Assembly: GCA_951406725.2 (NCBI GenBank) | Contig: OX597817.1 | Location: forward strand, 108,438,001 to 108,502,000 | Source of the DNA: Octopus vulgaris | Lineage: Eukaryota | Length of the DNA stretch: 64,000 nucleotides | Direction of reading: 5' to 3' | Part shown: piece by piece, positions 52,401 through 64,000 of the stretch | Layout: every line of letters begins with the position of its first letter | Numbering within the stretch: position 1 is the stretch's first letter | Program-made: the position numbers and the translations under genes | Notes under the pieces: generated by a model | Database searches by the model: none | Told to the model about the DNA's origin: nothing | The model's input: only the letters and a program-made list of their open reading frames with translations

Positions 52401-55400
52401 TCTGCGACACTGGGTCACACTCCTTACTAGCTATCTAACTCAAAGTCTCAAGGTTGACTTATACGGCTCGTGCATGCCCAGAGTAAGGACAAGTGCAACG
52501 ATGCCATGCAAATTCCAAAGGTCCTGGAAGTTAACTGCCAAATATTATAACTTAGTATTTACTGGAAAGTTCCAATCCCTGCGAACTGAGCAACTTTTCC
52601 GATATCTATTTCTTGATCTCACATTGTTTTTTGAGAATAAGTAATGTAAGTGATATAGAATATGAAGTTGCCAGTAGTATTTGAAGTAAAATGATTATGA
52701 TTGGAGTGTTTGATTAAAGAAAAGGTGTGGCTACTATGACGAGAACAATTGAAGATACTAAGGTGGAAATGACCAGCGAAATTCTAAGATATTTACGGGA
52801 TCGCAAAGATTTGTTTCTTTTGAAGCAGTAAAGAGGTGGTGTTGAAAATGTTTTCATATGAATATGTTTGGATGCAAAGTAAAACAGAAAATTCTTGCAT
52901 GTGTGTGCATACCCTGCAGGTGTATTGCAGTGCGGTTTATGGGTCTTGTTCGATGATGTTGGGCATCTACAACAAATCGATGATACCCGGAAATGTTGAT
53001 GTATTGCAACTCTTAGGATTTAAATTGGAAGTTGGAGTATTTTCTGCTCGATGAGCAACGGAGAAGGCGGAATTGGAAAAAGGGAATAACGAAATTAGTG
53101 AATGTGTGTGGTGAGAAAAATTATCGTTATAAAAGAATTGGGAATCAGTTGGGCTTATAGTGTACAAATGTGGCGTCAGGTGTATGTCAACAGCTATAGA
53201 AAACTGACAGATGTATCGGATATACTGGCATTGAACCTCGATACAGAGTACAAGAGATGAAACATTTTAGTTGATCTCTGGTGAGAGAAGTGGCAGTGTA
53301 GCGACTGTACAGCCCTGAGATGGGCTCAGTAATCTGACAAAAGTTTTGGAAATCAATATATTCTACAAAAACTTTACGTGGTGAAAGCATATTATAGTGT
53401 GGCTATTGCATATTTATATACTATTGCATATTTATATACTTTTACGGAAGCTTACAACACCGAACTCACCCATTTTCTTTAGCTTAACGTGGATAAAAGA
53501 TAAATATTTTCGTACTCGACTACAACTTTTATTACTGCCTCCTTTCTGCAGCTCTGATCCGGGGAGGTACAGAGCTATTGCCCCAACAAAAAGCCTTGGG
53601 GAGTTAAACAAAATTGGCAAGAAGGGCAGTACAAGCATCCAATTCGTTTATGATATTATAAATATATAGAGAGAATTATAGTCGACTGAAATGCAATACA
53701 TGCCTTGTGATTTATTTGACCAACCCAGTCGTGTTTTAAATTCAAACGTTAATTGATGTTCTTGTAATGAATATTGTATAATATTCTATCAACGAAAAAC
53801 CACAAAACAGACACTAAAACAATATGCAGTATAGTAAGAAGCGACAATGATTCTACTAAAGATCAATCACATTTGGGACCCCAATAGCTTCCCAATAAAT
53901 AAATGGATAAATAAATAAATAAATAAATAAGTAAAAAGCGCGTGTCACATCGTCAACAATTGCCTACGTACTTGTGCCAGAAACCACATACACAATGAAG
54001 CTAAAATAAATGTTTCTGAATCAGGGCCAACAATTCGAAGGTTACTCGATACCTCCCGCAGTACTCAAGTGGTACTTTGATTCAACAATCTTGGAAAGAT
54101 GAAAAGTCAAGTGAGATGAGAGGTCGGAAATTGTCGAAATAAACACCTCAAAAATGGCCTCTGTCGTGCTAACAGTTCTGCCACCTCACCACCTTGACAA
54201 TATAACCAAAATAATGAAAATGAAAGAGCATCTGAATTCGCAAGTTCCACAAAAATTATTTCTCTCATGTAATCGAAACCAAACGTGTGATCATATCTTG
54301 TCACAAGTTCTAAAATTATCCTCCTTTTAAGAAATATATTTCTGCATGATTTTTTCTCAAGATTTTAGTATACAGACCATTTACTTAAATGAATATAAAA
54401 TATTTCCTATACATAAAACCAAACCATATTGTTAGTTACAACAACAAAAATAAAGAGAAATAAATTTTCTAAATTAAATTAAAGGAAATGATAAATAAGT
54501 ACTTTCGTTAGTATATAATGCTTGGCTGATGGCACGGTATATCGAAACGCGAAATATATCTAATGGACGAGTTTGCGTAACAGATATTTAATAAACTAAG
54601 TCTAATTCAGTGTGAAAATTAAGTCTATTATTTCTGCACCTCGCAGCGATATGATGTGATCAGAAATATTTGTTTCAAACTTCGCAGTTTTGCAGAAATA
54701 TTTAGTTATCGTAATAGGAGAAACAACCTTTAGCTATCCTTTGAAGTTCAGAAAGCGTATACCGATTGTGAAAATATCGTGTTTGATAAATCGACACTTT
54801 ATTCCACATAAACGAACTCATAATAGTTGGAAAAAAATTGCTACGGGATTTCAACGTTTAAAATAAAATATTTTATCGATAGTAAAATCTACTTGCATAC
54901 AACTACCTAACTCTACGCTCAAGAAACTTGAGATAACTATAAGAACGACCATAGGCAAGGAATAATTTCTTAGAAATTCAAATCATGTAGAAAGTTTAAG
55001 CTGTTTTAGTCTTTATTAAGCAATAACTTTCGTAGATATTCTATTGGTGTTTACCAATGTTTGAGTACTGTTGTCTAAAGTTGGACAAGGTTAGTTCGAG
55101 ATGGAATTTCAATTCTCTGCTATGTTATATCAGTTCAATGCTAACAGTTTCACTCTTGGTCATTAATTATAAAACAGATTGCATACACATTTTTTATTGT
55201 TTTCTTTTTCTTTGGAAAGTAAATGTTTTATGCCACCACCTAAGTAAGTACCAATTGAAACATGATTACCTATTTGAACGCTAAAATACTTGTTTTAAAA
55301 ATCTGTGCCGCCCACAAATTAGATTTATAATTTGTAATATCTAGAAGATATTTTCTATTTATTGAAATCCATACAAGCAAGTGTTTCTTCGAAGCAAATA

Positions 55401-58400
55401 AAATATGTCACTTCTTCTGGCGATGTTTTCTTTTATGTCCATTTATTCTGTTGAAATAAGTTATATATTTAATTTGGTCCGAAATAGTTTCGTAATTTAA
55501 TAGATCCTATATAATTGAAAATATATTGCAGTAAATCCTGAAAGATTTAGTATTGATAGTCATATATATCCGTTCCATAAGGGGACTAAGTTATGTAACA
55601 TTTTAAGCTATCTGTTTTTCACAATAACTATTTCTAATAACTAAGAAAATGCAATATTTGTTGGGCGACTGCTTCTCATGTTGCTAAATATATGAAAAAT
55701 AACCTCAAGAAAAATTTTCGGGAATGGAATAAGTGTTGCTTAAATGAACCCGTGTACATATGTAGTATTTTTCTATTTACTCTGGAAAGATGAAAGGAAA
55801 AGTTGAACACGTTAGTATTAGAACGTAGAAAGCTCAAATAATTTATTTCGTTGCTCTATTCTTTCAAGACCTCCACTAATTTTATCTCAGATAAACCTTT
55901 CTATATGGACATGTAACGTCTAGAATTTTCCTTTGCTGACCGGATTAGAGAAAATTACACTTTCTTATTTGAAGTTTACGCTTTAATTTCTTTATACTTG
56001 GGGATATGTTTTGGTATTATGCCATAAAGAAAAAGAAAAACTGACACAGAGAAAGTTAAACTGAAAAGAAAAAAGTGCCAAAAGACCAAACCTTTTTAAT
56101 GCTTGCAAATGACAAAATGATTAACTTATTGAGATGATAGTTAGCTGACCATTCAGAAGTTCTTTTTAAATTATTTGCACTGAGAGGTTTCCTGGCAAAG
56201 ATACAAACTCTTCAGGACATACTGTCTTTACCTGTAATTTGTTGTTTAACCCACATCAAGATTTTTTTCAGACTAAGTGTATAATCGGGTATCATGGATT
56301 GATAAAAAAAGAAATCGATGAAAAGTGAAATCACTTCATAATTAAAGGTTTTATTAGCTTGAAGTGATGAAGGTAATTCATGTCCCTGGTTTATTTTAGC
56401 GAAATTAATCTTTAGAAGTGCTTAATTTATCTCTTCCGTTGTTTTCAGGTGCGAAGAAAAGAATCTCCACGTTGTTTATATTACCAAGTTTAGACGTGTC
56501 ATGTATATAAAGCACAATACATGTGGACATATATGAGAAGTAATAAGATTACTGTTACTTGGTTCCCTCCTATTCACTTGCAGTCGCTACTCAGTATATT
56601 TGTAGAGAACGACTAAAATGATAAAATATCAAAACAATAAAAATCAGCATGCTAAAATACAAATTTGATGAATCATTACATGTACTTAGGAAGAATTCAT
56701 TATATTGAAATTGAATCTTTAAAATCTAATATGAGCGTCATGGAAAATGTGCAATATTAGATGCATAGTAACTTAGACTATATAGTTTACAGACTAAAGT
56801 ATGTAGTCCATCATATTACGAGCAACTCCTCAAAGATATAAATTTAAAAACTTGTCCTGCTCTGATGAAGGTATGATGTGTTGACGGAGAAAATTGACAA
56901 AAACGTTTAAAGATATATGTATGAGAGTCATAATAAGTGAAAGAAAGGCAATCCTTAATACAAGATCTAGTTTCTGTATCATTAAGCAGATGTTAGACAC
57001 TTTTGCAACTGAACACAGTATTAGAACCATACCGACTTACACCTTCAATGTCGGTGCATTTTGACGAAAGTTTAAGAAGTTCGATTCACAACTACGAGAT
57101 GTCCGGTTCGATCTCCCTGCGTAGCGTTTTGGATAAAAACAATTTTCTGCACCTTCGGGTTGACTCATACCTTGAAATTAGATTGACAGAAACTGCATAG
57201 GGAACTACCATTCAAAAGGTACAACCTTGTTAAATACCGTGTCACGCTGATTCTACCAATGAATTACATTGAGGATTCCCGTATCTGTACAATGTTTAAT
57301 CACGTGTTAATTCAGAAGCATGTAATTCAGTTGACTGAACAACTTAATCAGTTTTGTTGAACGACAGAGATCCTTCACCACCACAGCTTCAACGGAAAGG
57401 ACCACTGAGAGGTAAATGTCTTGGCAATGGAGAAAACACAGGAAATGAACTGCTAACCTTTAAACTGGATGTCTCTGTCTAGTAAATAAAATGTTAAATG
57501 CTGGGCTATAAACAGAAAAATGAAATTCTCTGCAAGTGTATAGGCATTTTGTTGTTATAAATTATTGTAAATGTTATTATATTAAAATTACTGTATATTC
57601 TGTTACACTGTTCCTCCTTGCATATAAGTCCATTTTTCTGTTTAATTATACAAGTCAATTCCTCACAGATTAAGCAATTGGAATATTGTTTGGGTTTGCT
57701 CTCGATAAAATAAAAATAATAGTTTCGGTAATAATGATTTTTAAAATTGTTTTGTAATATTTACAAAATTTATTAATTTACTTTAGTAGCTGTGTATTTT
57801 TACATGTGATATATTTGTCACGTTTTGAAAAGATAACAATAAATAATAATAAATGTAGCACTTATTAAATCTAATGTCAATTTTACATTGTTTGATATTT
57901 GCCGTAAAGATGAAACCGGTTTCACAAGAGGTTCTTAAATGTTTCCAATTATCTTTTTATTGCATATTGTTTATTATTCATAATTTTAAAATTATCCTGG
58001 AGACTGAAGCAAAGGCAACAATATCTGCTATGTATTTCACCTGTTATACAAAATTTAATAAACTGGATTCATTTGTAAATGGAAAACTGACGCTGGTATA
58101 ATTATCACAAAATACAGATTGGCCAAAAGCAGCTGGGTGAGTACAAATATAAAATTAATATTTCATTTAATAACTGCTATAACCATTAAATGAGCTTTCG
58201 GTGGGATGGTAGCGGTTAACCAAATGCAATTAATCTTCACATATAATTAAATTTATACTTCTTTCATGACACTCTGCTAGATGGAAATATTCACCCCCAA
58301 CAAAAGAATAAGTCCAAATATTGGATATAGTATCGTATCGAAATACTAATATATTTCATGCATGAAGATGGTATCTTACGTAATAGTTCAACCATGAAGA

Positions 58401-61400
58401 AATAGCGGTAAAATTCCAACTCCTACCCTCCGTATCTGTCTTAGAAAAACAAACACGTTTGAGAATGACCAGATGGAATGACCATTGACATAAATATGCT
58501 CGATTCGAGCTGACCCAAGGCTAAGCAACAACAATAACAATGAAAGTGCAAGTGTTATAAGAATATTAGTTTATACTTTTGTGTTCAACAAGTATGTAAA
58601 TAATGGTTTCTTAGGTTGACTTTTACTTTGTTATCGACTTCAGAAGTAAGGTATGTAAAACTGCCACATGATGGTCTCTAATATAGGCACAAAGCCTGAG
58701 ATTTGAAGTGAGGAATTATTCGATACCATTGACATCAGTTATTGATTTTAATTTATGTGATGGACTCCAGGAGAATGGGTGTCAAAATTGACCTCAGCTT
58801 GTTTGACATGAAAAAGTAGATATTGCAAGCTAGTTATCTGACACTCTATTCATTTTCCCAATCCACCACGTATCCATCCTAATACAGTCAAAGGGCCATA
58901 TATTTTTTAGAAAGATGTAGTAGTGGATAAAAATCTAGATCAGTACTTGACTGCTATTGTATTGTATTGATCCCTGAATTGACGAAAGACAAAGTTGACC
59001 CAAGCTGAAATTAGATTTGGAAGTAAAGGGCCGTAAGTAAATACCATAAGGCATCTCCAATGTACTAATGATACTACCAACCCATCGCCCCTTTCCAGTA
59101 TTAATACTGATTTCAAATTTTGGCACAAGAACAGCAGTTTCGGGGGAGAGAGTAAGTCGATTATATCGGCTCCCATTAATCAACTGATATTTATTTTATC
59201 AATCCCGAAGGGTGAAAAGCAAAAATCAACCTCAAAACATAAAGACAGACGAAATGCCTCAAGTAATTTGCCTTTCCAGTAGTCATTAACAACTGGAGTC
59301 AAGTATCTGTTCCTTCTATAACCGAAATATTACATCTAATTCTCCTAACTAATAAAGCTAAATAAACTTCAAAAGGGTATATATTATTTCTGTTGGGGCA
59401 ATAGAAGTGATGCCATCTAAGTACAGCAGTAGAATCTAATACCTAAGCTCCACGAGACTCAATGGGCGTGGTTTAACCCTGCTCTACTCTTTCACCACAA
59501 CTTTCTCTCACTCTTTCTTCCTACTTCTGCCACAAAGCAGAGGAACCATGGTATAACCCACTATGGTGTGGTAAACTTTCAGACCCTAGTCTAGTTTGCG
59601 AATCGTCTGTACCCCAGGATGGTTCAGCTTTCCACCCATTAAAAGCCACCGTTTACGGAATGAAGATAACAGTGTAGCTTTCGCGTGTGGTGGGTGGATT
59701 TTCAAGTTGCCACACGCATTCTTAGTAGCTTAGAGTAGGCTCGAATTGGAGATTATTCTTCGTGGCTAATGGCGTGAGTCCTGATTGGAAGAAGAAGAGC
59801 AGCAGAACCTCTCGAAATCAAACCTTATCGTGCTTTTAACAACGACTAGAAAGCGATTTTAAAAACTTGAGTCTCACATTATACCCGAAAAAGAACAGAT
59901 TGGGACGCTTTTGATCATTAGTTTGTTCAATGAAAAGCGTCAAAATATCAACAACTTCAATAACATTGTTACTTCTAAGAAGAAACCGCACACAGATTAT
60001 ATACTAAACGATTTAAAGCTACATAAAAAGCACTTCAAGCCAACAGTTAGTAGGAACTGTATTTTTCCAAATCTTTGTACCCTAGAATTGACTACTAATG
60101 ATTGGTGTTCTATGAATTTCGAATGATAATTTATTTCGCTTAATATTTTAACTACATCTTTAACTTGCTGTGAGGCAGAAACTACAGTTGCTAGCTGCAT
60201 CATTCCTCTACATGAAATATTCCTAGGTTTTCATAATTTTCATTAACTGCATCCTCTGATACGAAGACTTCAGAATTTTATGGATTTTAAGGAAGTAATT
60301 AGCATTTAATTTTACAATAAAATATTTCAAGTTTAAACAATGAATTATTCATCAAACTTCAAAAGTCTCATATTCTGCTCGAACATGTTACTAAACGCTT
60401 GCAATGGATTTGGTATCGAAGCCGAAGTAACGATAGTGCGGTATTTTATTCACTCGAATCTTAGTAAACCAGATCGCAGTAGTGATTTCAAGTTTTCATC
60501 AACTTTCATTAATTACTTCAACTAAATGTTAATGGTTTATAATTTTTAATAGAAATAGAATTACAGTAAAAAAATGTCTAAGTGGTTCATAAAGAAGCAG
60601 ATAAGGATCGCTTCAATGGAAACCTTTAAAAAAGCTCCACAGCCTCGAAGAGATAATTTAGGCTATATCTTAGCTCTTGTTTTCTGGTATTATGCTGATG
60701 GTATACATAGCAAATTCACATATTTATTGCACTAATTCTTTTAATAACTAACATTCTTAAAATAACTTGTTGCTTTCCCTTGCTGTTGAATCAATAGTGG
60801 CATTAACAAAATTCTCAGTAAAACGATTGGAAAAGACTTTGACGTGAAAACCTCGGTCAGTAGCCTAATAATGTTCCCAGTGTATTATTTCACTGCAAAC
60901 AGTTAACGGGGTTCTCTTAATTTAAGAGTAGTAGTTCCATTATAAGAGAATAAGTTTTCGGTGCATCAAATAGATATCATCATCGTAAGTATCTTGACTA
61001 ACATGAAAATAAGCAGTGTCTGTTGATAATAGTTCCACGGTTAAGGGTTTCGAAAATATCATTTATCAGTCAATTATAGTAACTAGAAAGAACAGAGATG
61101 CTCACCAAAAGTATTGCGTAATCGTGAACTGAATATTATAGAAAACATGGACTATAGACATGAAATTAAGTCGAACGAATGTCTGAATAGCTTCATAGGA
61201 ACACCATGCCAATATTCTGTCGGTTTCTACGATGAGTACAGGTGATGTTCAATTGAACTAATTTCATCATATAAACGAGAAAGTCCGGTCTTTCAAAAAC
61301 AGATACAATATATCCAAGTGACTTGTGTGCAGTTCTCGTCTTTCCGATTTCATTCATCTATATTGGATCAACACGGTAAAAGGCATTTGCCAAGATGTCA

Positions 61401-61501
61401 CGTAGTGGGATTGAACCAGAGATCGCGTTATTGTGGCGCTAACTTCTTGCCAGCTCGACTATTCATGCCACACTGTAACTACATCTATCTATCTATCTAT
61501 C

Positions 61502-62672
<1,171 letters not shown>

Positions 62673-63345
62673 GTCTTCCTGTATGTTTGTTACAAATTCT
62701 AACTGTATGTTAAATAAAAATGTAAACATTCTATCTACATCACTGATGCGCAAGAAACGGAGAGGGAGTCTCTTGACGAGCTGTTTCATGTTATTTTGCT
62801 GACTACTGCTCAGAGAATACGCATCTAGCTTCTGTCCTCAATCAGCAGATCGGCTGCTTGTTAAGCAGTTAGGAATTAGGCTTGTATCATGGTTGATAGC
62901 CTAATAGTGAAACGGTGCAGTAACAAATTCCCTACCTCTTTTTCCGCATAAGTAGCATAAAAAGAATATGTTTGCATTCTAATTTAACCCTCTGTGAGGC
63001 TTTGTTACATTTAAATTTAGGTTCTGATTTACACTATACAGATATTTTTCAATTAATGACAAACTGTCAAGTGCTCAATTATGCAAACTATGCATTCACC
63101 AAGATGCTAGCCTAATTCATAATTCATGACTGCTTTATAAGGAGCTGATCTATGGTACTGATTGGGAAAGAAAACCAGGTATATTCTCGAAGGAAATGTA
63201 AGCAATGAAATAATCCGTTAGGAGACTACTGCTCTATTTTCTTCCGCACAACACTTGTGTAGAAAGATTGCGTTTACATTCTTTTTTACCACACAGGGAG
63301 GCTTCATGATATTTAGATTTAAGTTCTTTTGATTTACCCTGTTAT

Positions 63346-63392
<47 letters not shown>

Positions 63393-64000
63393 TATCTCGA
63401 AAATGAAAAGAAGTAGAATTAATAAAAAGGTACAGCTTTTCTTTGACTTTCGTTATACCAATGCATAAATAACTGAAATGATATACAGTGAGAATAAATT
63501 AGTTTCAATCGCACATAATATCCTCAGGTGTCAAATTATTACATTTCAATCTCTACTTCGTTTATGAAGACGAGAAATTTTGTCCGGATAATCTTAGGAA
63601 GAGAATTCTTTACAGCTACTCGCTTATAGTTCTTAATATTTCTTTTGTCACTTGATCTAGATAGTACAAATTTGGTTACTTCACAAATTTGATCTTTAGG
63701 ATATTCTGTAACACATTAACGTAATTATTAAAAGGTCAATTACTGGTATTATTATAACTGATTTAAATATGATAAATATATTAATAGTTTCAATTTGATA
63801 GATTGCACGCCACATTTTCTATTGGAAGGACTTTAGTTGAAATCGCGATGAAAGCAAGATGTACAAAGTGTACAATTTCCGCGATAGCACTTAATTCCAA
63901 AGTGCATACAGACTGATTCAACTTTGTGTTAAGGTTTTAATTTTAGTCTGATTCGTAGGTGCTAAGCTGCAGAATCGTTAGCACGCTGAGCAAAATGCTT

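Noticed and set aside
54520-54560. CTGATGG..GAAACGCG HHR-like string
   Set aside because: Core mismatch, no helix I, and no TA-flanked module around it.
56420-56520. Plus-strand splice-acceptor-like site (cttccgttgttttcAG)
   Set aside because: No recognisable coding frame or partner exon.
56860-57045. CTGATGA-aggtatg ... catacc-gac as an HHR with a long loop
   Set aside because: No GAAA or helix III at the required place; likely chance.

Overview
AT-rich, repeat-dense eukaryotic DNA, most likely from a mollusc and probably an octopus. This is inferred from the peptide type, the SINE families and the microsatellite load. There is one clear host gene: a cholecystokinin/sulfakinin-type neuropeptide precursor on the minus strand (CDS 16371-16775). 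It has a splice acceptor 4 nt before the ATG and a candidate non-coding exon 1 and TATA box near 21965-22174. The rest is mobile DNA: a near-intact SPIN/Charlie-type hAT transposon (16-bp TIRs, 8-bp TSD, one frameshift), two decayed mariners, two Helitrons, a piggyBac-like MITE, LINEs of several clades, tRNA-derived SINEs and Penelope-like (PLE) fragments. The most striking signal is not protein-coding. About a dozen hammerhead-ribozyme (HHR) cores occur (four well formed, the rest decayed), mostly in short modules of unrelated sequence that end in (TA)n tracts 90-250 nt downstream. Several are arranged as head-to-head fold-back palindromes, one of them inside the predicted first intron of the neuropeptide gene. 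All calls are by eye; no alignment, folding or database search was run.
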